NCBI GenBank assembly: GCA_035996165.1
Contig: DASYJT010000037.1
Coordinates: forward strand, 1-37,628
DNA length: 37,628 bases
Source: Acidimicrobiia bacterium
GTDB taxonomy: Bacteria > Actinomycetota > Acidimicrobiia > IMCC26256 > PALSA-610
Reading direction: 5' to 3'
The notes under the pieces are model-generated. The model saw only the letters and a list, made by a program, of their open reading frames with translations. It did not search any database and was not told the origin of the DNA. Position numbers and translations under genes: made by a program. Positions 16,985 to 25,045 of this stretch are shown here, piece by piece (the first letter of the stretch is position 1; each line of letters opens with the position of its first letter).

Positions 16985-17301
16985 TGGGGACGCTCGTGCG
17001 CCTCTGCGCTCGTGACGACCTCGCGCCGGGTGCCGCCCGCCGATTCGACGTCGCCGAGCACCGCATCGCGCTGGTGCGTATCGGCGACGACTTCTACGCC
17101 ATCGGCGACCGGTGCTCGCACGCCGACTACCCGCTCTCCGAGGGAGACGTGTGGGAGGACGAACGCGAGATCGAGTGCCCGAAGCACGGCTCGACCTTCT
17201 CGCTGGTCACGGGTGAGCCGCAGACGTTGCCGGCGACGCAGCCGGTGCCGACGTACGAGATCCAGCTCGACGGCGACGACGTCTCGGTGGTGTTGCCGTG
17301 A
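16981..17301 (+). CDS. Rieske [2Fe-2S] ferredoxin-like protein
   Basis: CSHADYPL ... CPKHGSTF (CxH / CxxH Rieske ligands). ATGA overlap with sufD and GTGA overlap with sufC. This suf-embedded Rieske gene is common in actinobacteria (from memory). Confidence 0.85.
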   Translation: MMGTLVRLCARDDLAPGAARRFDVAEHRIALVRIGDDFYAIGDRCSHADYPLSEGDVWEDEREIECPKHGSTFSLVTGEPQTLPATQPVPTYEIQLDGDDVSVVLP

Positions 17302-18137
17302 CCGACGAGCACGTACTGCGCATCACCGACCTGCACGCCACCGTCGGCCGGCACGAGATCCTGCGCGGTGTCGACCTCGAGGTTCGCACCGGCGAAGTCC
17401 ACGCGCTCATGGGCCCGAACGGATCCGGCAAGTCGACGCTTTCCCACGTGCTCATGGGAAGCGGCGAGTACGAGGTGACGCGGGGTTCGGTCACCGTCGA
17501 CGGCGAGGAGATCCTCGGCCTGCCTACGTGGCAGCGCGCCCAGAGCGGGCTCTTCCTCGCGATGCAATACCCCGTCGAGGTGCCGGGTGTACACCTCGAA
17601 GCCATGGTCGGCGCCGCCCTCGAAGCCCGCGGCGCGGTGCCGGGCGATCTTCACGAGCGCATCGTCGCGGAGGCGCGCACGCTCGGTGTCCCCGACGCGT
17701 TGCTCAACCGGGGTGTGAACACCGAGTTCTCGGGCGGCGAGAAGAAGCGCGCCGAGACCTTGCAGCTCGCGGTGCTCGAGCCCAAGTTCGCGGTGCTCGA
17801 CGAGATCGACTCCGGCCTCGACGTCGACGCGCTGCGCGACGTCGCCCGCCGCGTGTACGCGCTCGCGAAGGACGCCGAGGTCGGGGTGCTCGCAATCACG
17901 CACTACGCCCGCCTGCTCGCCGAGTTGCGGCCCGATCGGGTGCACGTGTTCCTCGCGGGCCGCATCGTGAAGAGCGGCGGACCGGAGCTCGCCGACGATC
18001 TGGAGCGCACCGGCTACGAGGGCATCGCGGCCGAGCTCGGCATCGACGACCTCACGGTCGGACGCCCGGCCGACGCGCCGGACCCGTTCGGCGACCCGAC
18101 GATCGGGTCGAGCCCGTTCGCCGATCCGCTCGCGTAG
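17298..18137 (+). CDS. sufC: Fe-S cluster assembly ATPase SufC (copy 1, with ~35-aa Pro/Asp-rich C-terminal extension)
   Basis: GPNGSGKST Walker A, FSGGEKKR, AVLDEIDSGLD, ITHY. Confidence 0.9.
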   Translation: MTDEHVLRITDLHATVGRHEILRGVDLEVRTGEVHALMGPNGSGKSTLSHVLMGSGEYEVTRGSVTVDGEEILGLPTWQRAQSGLFLAMQYPVEVPGVHLEAMVGAALEARGAVPGDLHERIVAEARTLGVPDALLNRGVNTEFSGGEKKRAETLQLAVLEPKFAVLDEIDSGLDVDALRDVARRVYALAKDAEVGVLAITHYARLLAELRPDRVHVFLAGRIVKSGGPELADDLERTGYEGIAAELGIDDLTVGRPADAPDPFGDPTIGSSPFADPLA

Positions 18138-18317
18138 GCGCTCCACGCGCACGCGCGCGTAAGTATTTGTGTGGTCTTCCCGTAGGTCGCCGGGCGCGCG
18201 AACAGATGCGCACGGATTGGGCCCGGTCTGATCCCCGGCGAATTCCAGGCGAACACGCTTTTGCCGAACCCGGTCGCACGGCATACCGTGCGCGGCACAC
18301 GGGTCGGAGGGGGCGAA

Positions 18318-19748
18318 GTGCAACGGATGCGGATCCTCGCAGCGGTCATCGCGGCATCGTTGTCGGTCGGGGTGTCGTATGCCGCGGCCGGACCGGTCGG
18401 CGCAGTAGGGGAGCACCGCACCCCGACTCCGCTCGGCCGCCTGAGCGTCCTCGCCCGCGGGAGCAGAGATCGGGTCGCCGCGCTCGGGATGCTTCTTCCG
18501 GCGGCGCCCGAGGTCGCCCTCGGTGCTCCGATTCCTTCGATGACGGTGCACGACGTGAAGGGTGACGCGCTTTTCCCCCAAGGCGATCTCACCGGTGTGG
18601 GCATGTTGCAGAACGCGTCGGGAACCGCGTTCGGCGCGACCGTGAACGCGGTGACGAACCCGGCGACCGACGCGAACTGGCTCGCCGGCAACGTCGCGCT
18701 CGACTGGTTCCTCGACGCGAACCGCGATGGCGTCCCCGACTACGTGGTGGTCCTCGCCGACACCACGAGCCAGAAGGTGGTCGCCTTCGTCACCGACCTG
18801 AACTTCAGTCAACTCTTCTGCACCGCGACGCCGAAGTACATCCCGCTGGTGGGTTACCGCGTCACCGCGCCGCCCGGCTGCATCCCGCACCTCACCACTG
18901 CCCGCTTCCTCGCGGGGATGATCTACGACGACGTCTTCGATCCGAACGCGCCCGTCGACTTCGCGCCCGACAACGGGCTCAGCGCGACCACCGTCGTGCA
19001 AGAGGCCGCGCCGAGGGTTGGATACTGGATGCTCGGGTCGGACGGACGTGTGTATCCGTTCGGTGGTGCGGTGGGTTTCCCGGGAAGCGTGGCGGGTGCG
19101 GTGGCGATGGCGCCGCGGCACGACGGTAAGGGCTATTGGGTTGTCGATTTTCTCGGGCATGTCTTCACCTACGGAACCGCGAAGTTCTTCGGGGGTGCGC
19201 CCGCGCTCGGGAGCGGCGAGTTCGTGAGCACGATCTCCGCGACTCCGAGTGGCGGTGGGTACTGGTTGTTCACGAACAAGGGGCGCGCGTTCGCGTTCGG
19301 GAACGCGAGCTCGTTCGGCGACATGTCGGGCGCGGCGTTGAACGGTCCGATCGTCGCGTCGGTCGCGACGCCGACGGGTCACGGTTATTACATGGTCGGG
19401 TCCGACGGTGGGATCTTTTGCTTCGGCGATGCGCGGTTCCACGGTTCGACCGGGGGTCTGCATTTGAACAAGCCCGTCGTGGGTATTTCTCCGACCGCCG
19501 ACGGCAAGGGCTATTGGCTGGTCGGTTCCGACGGTGGAGTGTTCGCGTTCAACGCGCCGTTCCGGGGATCGATGGGCGGCACGCCGCTGAATCAATCGGT
19601 CGACGGGCTGGTCGCGTTCGGGAACGGGTATTTGATGGCGGCCGCCGACGGCGGCGTCTTCGATTTCTCGAACAAGCCGTTCTTGGGCAGCTTGGCGAAC
19701 AATCCGCCGAGCGCGCCGATCATCGGCCTCGCCGCGTTCACCACCTAG
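18318..19748 (+). CDS. Secreted protein: N-terminal unknown domain plus six tandem ~40-aa GYW..SDGGVF.FG.A.F.GS repeats (predicted beta-propeller)
   Basis: GGAGG lies 7 nt before GTG 18318 (ATG 18327 is an alternative). Signal peptide MRILAAVIAASLSVGVSYAAAG. One DANRDGVPDYVVV Ca-loop-like motif. Repeats span 19017 to 19745. Confidence 0.75.
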   Translation: MQRMRILAAVIAASLSVGVSYAAAGPVGAVGEHRTPTPLGRLSVLARGSRDRVAALGMLLPAAPEVALGAPIPSMTVHDVKGDALFPQGDLTGVGMLQNASGTAFGATVNAVTNPATDANWLAGNVALDWFLDANRDGVPDYVVVLADTTSQKVVAFVTDLNFSQLFCTATPKYIPLVGYRVTAPPGCIPHLTTARFLAGMIYDDVFDPNAPVDFAPDNGLSATTVVQEAAPRVGYWMLGSDGRVYPFGGAVGFPGSVAGAVAMAPRHDGKGYWVVDFLGHVFTYGTAKFFGGAPALGSGEFVSTISATPSGGGYWLFTNKGRAFAFGNASSFGDMSGAALNGPIVASVATPTGHGYYMVGSDGGIFCFGDARFHGSTGGLHLNKPVVGISPTADGKGYWLVGSDGGVFAFNAPFRGSMGGTPLNQSVDGLVAFGNGYLMAAADGGVFDFSNKPFLGSLANNPPSAPIIGLAAFTT

Positions 19749-19791
19749 CCGCGTTCACGCCTAGCCGCCGGGCCGAACCGCTCGTCGGCGA

Positions 19792-20886
19792 CTACGGCTT
19801 GGTCGTAGTGGTGTGCGGCTTCGTCGTGCCCGTGGTGGCGACGGTGGTAGTGGTGTGCTTCTTGGCGGTCGTCGGCGTGGTGGTCACGACCGGCGCGGGC
19901 GGCGCCGACGAAGCCGTGGTGGCCGGCGCCGGTGTGGTCGGCGCGGGACCGATGTAGCCGCTGCCCGCCTGCTTCGGTGTACCGACGACGAACACCGACT
20001 CGCCCTGGTGGACCAGCGAGTAGAAGTAGTCGGCGATGTGCATCGGGATGCGCGCGCATCCGTGCGACGCCGGGTACGTGGGCACGGAGGCCAAGCCGTG
20101 CACCGCGTCGCTCCCGTTGAAGTAGTACGGGTTCCACATCGTTCCGAGCTTGCCCTTCTGCCACCCGCGGATCAGGTCGTAGAAGTGGAAGTGCCCGGTC
20201 GGGGTGATCGCGTACTGGCAACCGTCGACGCCGCCGCAGAAGTGTTCGCCACTGCCGGTCGAAGTGGTTGTCAGCAGCTGCGGCTGCCAGTTCTTGAACA
20301 GCGTGAGGACCTGCTTGTCGAGATCGATCTCGACCCGGTCGGCCTCGCTGTCGGGCTGGGCCGGCATGTAGTGGAAATGCGTGAGCGCGAGGTCGACACC
20401 CGAATCGATCGTGCCGGTGCGGGGCAGTCCGAAGTACTTCTGCACCGTCTCCACCGCGTACCGCGTGTCCTGGTCGAAGTAGTCGTCGACATGACCCGGA
20501 TCGAAGTGCAGTTCCTTCATACGGGCTTCGTAGACGAAGACCGAAGGTCCGCGGCTGCCTTGGCCGATGCCGCGCCCCGGGTCGGGGAGCAACTGGTCCT
20601 TCGGCTGTTTGATCGCGGGGATCGTCGTTGTGGTGGTGCGGGGGACCGTGGTGGTGGTCGTCGCCCGCGTGGTGGTCGACGTGAGTGTGGAGCTGGTCGG
20701 GCTCGCAGCCGCGGCACCCGAGTTCCGTGTGTTCTCGACGACGGCGTACGCGCCGGCACCGCCGGCGGCGGCGACCACGATCAGGACCGTGGTCACGAGC
20801 GCGTGGCGCCGCAAACTTCCACGCCGCTGAGCGAGTCGCGTGGGGCGATCGATCTCGTCAGTTGTGCTCGACTCGTCAGGTTCCAC
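19792..20886 (-). CDS. L,D-transpeptidase (YkuD) with N-terminal TM anchor, PG-binding-like domain and Thr-rich linkers
   Basis: Catalytic motif AVHGLASVPTYPASHGCARIP. PG_binding_1-like YAVETVQKYFGLPRTGTID. TM helix ALVTTVLIVVAAAGGAGAYAVV. GTG start. Confidence 0.85.
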   Translation of the reverse strand: MEPDESSTTDEIDRPTRLAQRRGSLRRHALVTTVLIVVAAAGGAGAYAVVENTRNSGAAAASPTSSTLTSTTTRATTTTTVPRTTTTTIPAIKQPKDQLLPDPGRGIGQGSRGPSVFVYEARMKELHFDPGHVDDYFDQDTRYAVETVQKYFGLPRTGTIDSGVDLALTHFHYMPAQPDSEADRVEIDLDKQVLTLFKNWQPQLLTTTSTGSGEHFCGGVDGCQYAITPTGHFHFYDLIRGWQKGKLGTMWNPYYFNGSDAVHGLASVPTYPASHGCARIPMHIADYFYSLVHQGESVFVVGTPKQAGSGYIGPAPTTPAPATTASSAPPAPVVTTTPTTAKKHTTTTVATTGTTKPHTTTTKP

Positions 20887-20989
20887 CGGCGTCGGATGGT
20901 AATGGACGATTCAGCAAATTCGGCGCCGGCCCGGCGCGATCAAATCGCGACATTCGGGAATTACGACATTCGCGGCCGGGCGGACCGGG

Positions 20990-21163
20990 TCAGTGCGCGG
21001 GCTCGGTCTCGGACTCGATGAGCGCGGCGAGCGCAGCGTCGGAGACAACAGCACTGCGGAGGTCGAGGAGAAAGTCGACGACTTCCGACGAGCCGATGAG
21101 ATCCCGGGACGCAAAGCGCTCGAGTGCCTCGTCGATGATCGTGACGATCCCTGCCTGGTCCAC
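20990..21163 (-). CDS. Small acidic hypothetical protein (57 aa), absent from the ORF track
   Basis: GTG at 21163 with GGAGGA 6 nt upstream. Translation is VDQAGIVTIIDEALERFASRDLIGSSEVVDFLLDLRSAVVSDAALAALIESETEPAH. Third positions are almost all G/C, matching the local coding bias. Confidence 0.5.
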   Translation of the reverse strand: MDQAGIVTIIDEALERFASRDLIGSSEVVDFLLDLRSAVVSDAALAALIESETEPAH

Positions 21164-21356
21164 GTCGGATCCTCCTGCTCTGGACGGTCAGCGTAGCCGC
21201 CCGTCTCCGCTTCCAGTTACCAGTGCAACGCCCACAGTGCGGGACCGGTTCCCGAATGACCACGAAAGGTGCGAACCATGTGACCCACGTCACTCGCGGG
21301 ACGCCGGTGACAGGACCGAGTGACCTGCGAAGCCGCCGCCATGAGGCCGGAGACCA

Positions 21357-21851
21357 TCAGGCCTGAGTCTGGGAGGTTTCGTCGAGGGCCTGCTGCAGGG
21401 TGTTCCAGGCCAAGGTGGCGCACTTGATACGCACAGGAAATTTCACGACGCCCTGCAACGCCTCGAGGTCGCCCAGCCGGACGCCGGCGAGCTCCGCGGC
21501 CAGGTCGCTGCCGTCGCCGCCGTCGCCTTCGAGCTTCGACTCGTGAATCGACATCAACGCCTTGAACGCGCGGATGAGTTGACGGACCTCGGCGAGCGGC
21601 TTGCCTTTCACGGCCGCGCTCATCATCGAGGTGGAGGCCTGACTGATCGAACAGCCCTGGCCCGCGATCTTGACGTCGCTCACCGTGCCGCTCGCGGGAT
21701 CGACCTCGAGGTACAACACGACCTCGTCGCCGCACAGCGGATTGAAGCCCTCGACCTTGTGCGCCGGCGGTACCGGCAGCTCACCGCGGTTCCGCGGCGA
21801 GCGGTAGTGGTCGAGGATGATCTCTCGGTACAGGTCTTCGAGGCCGGCCAT
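21357..21851 (-). CDS. sufU: SUF-type Fe-S scaffold/sulfur acceptor SufU (NifU/IscU-like)
   Basis: HYRSPRNRG, NPLCGDEV, GQGCSISQAS, IKCATLAW. Confidence 0.9.
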   Translation of the reverse strand: MAGLEDLYREIILDHYRSPRNRGELPVPPAHKVEGFNPLCGDEVVLYLEVDPASGTVSDVKIAGQGCSISQASTSMMSAAVKGKPLAEVRQLIRAFKALMSIHESKLEGDGGDGSDLAAELAGVRLGDLEALQGVVKFPVRIKCATLAWNTLQQALDETSQTQA

Positions 21852-21862
21852 CTGCAGCGATC

Positions 21863-23098
21863 CTAAACCGCGAAGAACTTCTGGGCTTTAGCCAACGCCT
21901 CGACGAGCGCGTCGACGTCGGCTTCGTCGTTGTACACGTAGAACGAAGCCCGCGTGGTGGCCGGGACGCCCAGCTGACGCATCAGCGGCTTCGCGCAGTG
22001 GTGACCGGCCCGCACACACACCGCGTCCTCGTCGAGGACTTGGCTGATGTCGTGCGCGTGGATGCCGTCGAACAAGAACGACACCGCACCGCCCCGCTGG
22101 TCGACGTCGGTCGGGCCGTAGATCGTGAGGCTGTCGTCGAAGCGGTCTCGGAGCGCCTCGAGGGCGTAGCGAGTGATCAACCGCTCGTGGGCCCGCACCG
22201 CGTCCATGCCGAGCGTTGAGATGTAGTCGATCGCCGCGCCGAACCCGACCGCCTCCACGATCGCCGGAGTCCCCGCCTCGAACTTCCACGGCAGGTCGTT
22301 GGTCGTGAAGCCGTCGAGCCGGACGTCGCGGATCATCTCGCCGCCGCCGAGGAAGGGGGGCATGGCGTCGAGCAACTCGAAGCGCGCCCAGAGGGCGCCG
22401 ATGCCGCTGGGTCCGAGGATCTTGTGCGCCGAGAACGCGACGAAGTCCGCGTCCCAGGCCTGGACGTCGGTGGCGACGTGCGGCACGTACTGGCACGCGT
22501 CGACCAGCACGAGCGCGCCGTGGGCGTGCGCGGCGTCGGCCAGCGGGCGGATCTCGTTGATCGTTCCCAGCACGTTCGACATGGCGCTGATCGCGAGCAG
22601 ACGCGCTCCGTCGAGCAACGCGTCGAGGTTGGAAAGGTCGAGGCGGAAGTCGGGGGTCAACGGGATCCAGCGCAGTTCGATCCCGCGTTCGGCGGCGAGG
22701 ATCTGCCACGGCACGACGTTGGCGTGGTGTTCCATGTGCGACAGCACGATCGCGTCGCCCGGCTTCAGGTTCGCGCGCGCCCAGGAGTATGCGACGAGGT
22801 TGATCGACTCCGTCGCGTTGCGCGTGAAGACGAGCTCCTCGGTGCGGGGCGCGTTGAGGAAACGCGCGACCTTCCGGCGAGCGGCTTCGAAGGCGGCGGT
22901 GGCCTCTTCCGCGATGGTGTAGACGCCTCGGTGGATGTTCGCGTAGTGGTTGCGGTACGCGTCGTCCATTGCGTCGAGCACTGCGAGCGGCTTCTGCGCC
23001 GACGACGCGGAGTCGAGGTATACGAGGCGCTTCCCGTTGAGGTGGCGCTCGAGGATGGGGAAGTCGCGCTTGATCGTCGCGACGTCGAGGGCGCTCAC
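21863..23098 (-). CDS. sufS: Cysteine desulfurase SufS
   Basis: 411 aa. Contains the PLP-lysine motif FSAHK and the active-site motif RAGHHCA, with the typical N-terminus RDFPIL..YLDSASSAQKP. Confidence 0.9.
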   Translation of the reverse strand: MSALDVATIKRDFPILERHLNGKRLVYLDSASSAQKPLAVLDAMDDAYRNHYANIHRGVYTIAEEATAAFEAARRKVARFLNAPRTEELVFTRNATESINLVAYSWARANLKPGDAIVLSHMEHHANVVPWQILAAERGIELRWIPLTPDFRLDLSNLDALLDGARLLAISAMSNVLGTINEIRPLADAAHAHGALVLVDACQYVPHVATDVQAWDADFVAFSAHKILGPSGIGALWARFELLDAMPPFLGGGEMIRDVRLDGFTTNDLPWKFEAGTPAIVEAVGFGAAIDYISTLGMDAVRAHERLITRYALEALRDRFDDSLTIYGPTDVDQRGGAVSFLFDGIHAHDISQVLDEDAVCVRAGHHCAKPLMRQLGVPATTRASFYVYNDEADVDALVEALAKAQKFFAV

Positions 23099-23892
23099 GA
23101 GCTGCTGGTTTCGTGCTGGCTGCGGAAGCCGTCGAAGCCCTTCGCCTCGACCTGGAGCGAGATCTCGGGGCCGCCGGTGGCGACGATGCGACCGTCGACG
23201 AGGACGTGTACGACGTCGGGGACGAGATGTTCGAGGAGACGCTGATAGTGCGTGATCGCGAGGATGCCCATGTGCGGGCGCGCGTTGCGGACCTCGGCGA
23301 TGCCGGCGGCCACCTGGCGGAGCGCGTCGATGTCGAGTCCGGAGTCGGTCTCGTCGAGCACCGCGACGTCGGGTTCCATCATCGCCATCTGCAGGACCTC
23401 GTTGCGCTTCTTCTCACCACCGGAGAAACCCTCGTTGAGATAGCGCTCTTGGAACCGGGTGTCCATGCCCAGACGTTTGGTCCACTCGATGAGGCTGAGG
23501 CGCACCTCGAGCACCGAGAAGTCGTCGATGCCCTTGCGCTTGGCGATCGCCTGGCGCAAGAAGTTGAGCACCGAGACGCCGGGTATCTCCTCGGGATGCT
23601 GGAAACCGAGGAACAGCCCGCGCTGGGCGCGCTCGTCGGTGGGCAGGGCGGTGATGTCCTCGCCGTCGAGGAGGATCCGGCCCTGCGTGACGACGTAGGC
23701 CGGGTTCGCGAGAAGGGTGTTGGCGAGGGTCGACTTGCCCGAGCCGTTGGGGCCCATCAGGGCGTGCAACGAGCCGGGGGCGACCGCCAGGCTGACGCCG
23801 CGGAGGATCTCGTGATCGTCGACCGAGACGTGCAGATCGTCGATCTCGAGCGCGGGGGCGGGGGCCGGAGTTGGAATGGGGTCGGGGGCCAC
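23095..23892 (-). CDS. sufC: Fe-S cluster assembly ATPase SufC (copy 2, Pro-rich N-terminal extension)
   Basis: GPNGSGKST, FSGGEKKR, AVLDETDSGLD, ITHY. There is a 4-nt overlap with sufS. TACACT lies 6 nt before the GTG start (leaderless-like). Confidence 0.9.
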   Translation of the reverse strand: MAPDPIPTPAPAPALEIDDLHVSVDDHEILRGVSLAVAPGSLHALMGPNGSGKSTLANTLLANPAYVVTQGRILLDGEDITALPTDERAQRGLFLGFQHPEEIPGVSVLNFLRQAIAKRKGIDDFSVLEVRLSLIEWTKRLGMDTRFQERYLNEGFSGGEKKRNEVLQMAMMEPDVAVLDETDSGLDIDALRQVAAGIAEVRNARPHMGILAITHYQRLLEHLVPDVVHVLVDGRIVATGGPEISLQVEAKGFDGFRSQHETSSS

Positions 23893-23899
23893 CCCGTCA

Positions 23900-23932
23900 G
23901 TGTAATAACACTACGGCCGTAGTGGAAATCCC
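23900..23932 (-). promoter_or_regulatory. Putative operator/promoter element upstream of sufC'-sufS-sufU (copy 2) with perfect 16-bp palindrome
   Basis: In gene orientation the element reads GGGATTTCCACTACGGCCGTAGTGTTATTACAC. The palindrome CACTACGGCCGTAGTG lies at 23909-23924, 4 nt upstream of the TACACT -10-like hexamer. Confidence 0.6.
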
Positions 23933-23945
23933 ACGGCGGAAATTT

Positions 23946-24971
23946 TCAAGTCCGCGCGAGGCCCTCGTAGACCGCCTCGTAGCCACGGACCATGGCCTCG
24001 GCCGAGAAGAGATCCTCGACCCGTTTGCGGCACGCGGCCGAGGAGAGCGTGCGGACCCGGCCGATGGCTTCGACGAGGTCGTCGTCGCCGTCGCGGCGAA
24101 AACCGGTGACCCCGTCGTCGACGATCTCCGGCGCCGCGCCCCAGTTGGTCGTGACGACCGGAGTGCCGCACGCCATCGCCTCGACCATCACCAGGCCGAA
24201 GGGTTCCGGCCAGCGGATCGGGAAGATCATGGCTCGGGAACGGCCGAGCATCGCCACCTTGTCCTGGTGTGACACGTTCTCGTAGAGCTCGATGTCGCTC
24301 GAGAGCAGCGGCGCGATCTCGTGCTCGAAGTACTCGCGTTCCGGAGGCTCGCTGCGCTTCAAGATCATCTGCAGGGGCAGACCGGCGCGGCGCGCGATCG
24401 AGATGGCTTCCTTCGGGCCCTTGTCGGGATTCGAACGCCCGATGTAGACGAGGACGTCGTCCTTTTCTTCTCGGTACTCGTACGAGTCGAGGTCGATCCC
24501 GTTGTGCACGGTGCCGAGGTAGGGAACGTCGGGGTTGTCGGTCTGCTGGGCGTCGCACACGGTGACGAGTTGCACGTGTTGGCCGACCAGCCCGTAGAAC
24601 AAGCGGGTCTGCGGAGTCCACGGACCGTGCAGGGTGTGCACGACCGGCGGACGGTCGTTCAGCATCGCACCGCAGACGGGTCCGACGATGCCCGCGTGAT
24701 CGTGGACGACGTCGAATCCCTCGACCTGCATGTACGACGACAGTGCGTGGAACGCGTCGTACCAGGGGTTGCCGAGCTCACGCGGGTCGGGAGGCTCCGC
24801 CATCGGCGAGATGAGCTTGGCCTTGGTGCGCGAGCCGCCGCTGGCAAACAAGGTGACGTCGTGTCCTGCCTCGACGAGGCCCTCGGCGAGCAGTGAGACC
24901 ACCAACTCGATGCCGCCGTAGCCCGTCGGAGGTACGGGAAACCACACGGGAGCGACGATCGCGATGCGCAT
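23946..24971 (-). CDS. Glycosyltransferase family 4 (GT-B, group 1)
   Basis: MRIAIVAPVWFPVPPTGYGGIELVVSLLAEGLVEAGHDVTLFA and the EX7E-region PEPFGLVMVEAMACGTPVV. TACATT lies 8 nt before the ATG. Confidence 0.8.
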   Translation of the reverse strand: MRIAIVAPVWFPVPPTGYGGIELVVSLLAEGLVEAGHDVTLFASGGSRTKAKLISPMAEPPDPRELGNPWYDAFHALSSYMQVEGFDVVHDHAGIVGPVCGAMLNDRPPVVHTLHGPWTPQTRLFYGLVGQHVQLVTVCDAQQTDNPDVPYLGTVHNGIDLDSYEYREEKDDVLVYIGRSNPDKGPKEAISIARRAGLPLQMILKRSEPPEREYFEHEIAPLLSSDIELYENVSHQDKVAMLGRSRAMIFPIRWPEPFGLVMVEAMACGTPVVTTNWGAAPEIVDDGVTGFRRDGDDDLVEAIGRVRTLSSAACRKRVEDLFSAEAMVRGYEAVYEGLART

Positions 24972-24979
24972 CGGCGGCC

Positions 24980-24997
24980 AATGTAATGCCGTAGTGG
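24980..24997 (-). promoter_or_regulatory. Truncated third copy of the suf-type element (half-site plus -10-like hexamer) upstream of the GT4 gene
   Basis: Plus strand TGTAAT-GCCGTAGTGG (24982-24997) equals copy 2 (TGTAAT-AACACTACG-GCCGTAGTGG, 23901-23925) minus the 9 nt AACACTACG. Confidence 0.45.
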
Positions 24998-25045
24998 CGC
25001 GAGACCCGGCGTTGGTGGGGCGAATCCGGTAGTAGTTTCTGTGCG

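Noticed and set aside
20961-21293. 110-aa minus-strand ORF starting MTWVTWFAPFVVIREPVPHCGRC (CxxC).
   Set aside because: It becomes Arg-rich and overlaps the better-supported 57-aa ORF in another frame. It has no SD and poor third-position bias.
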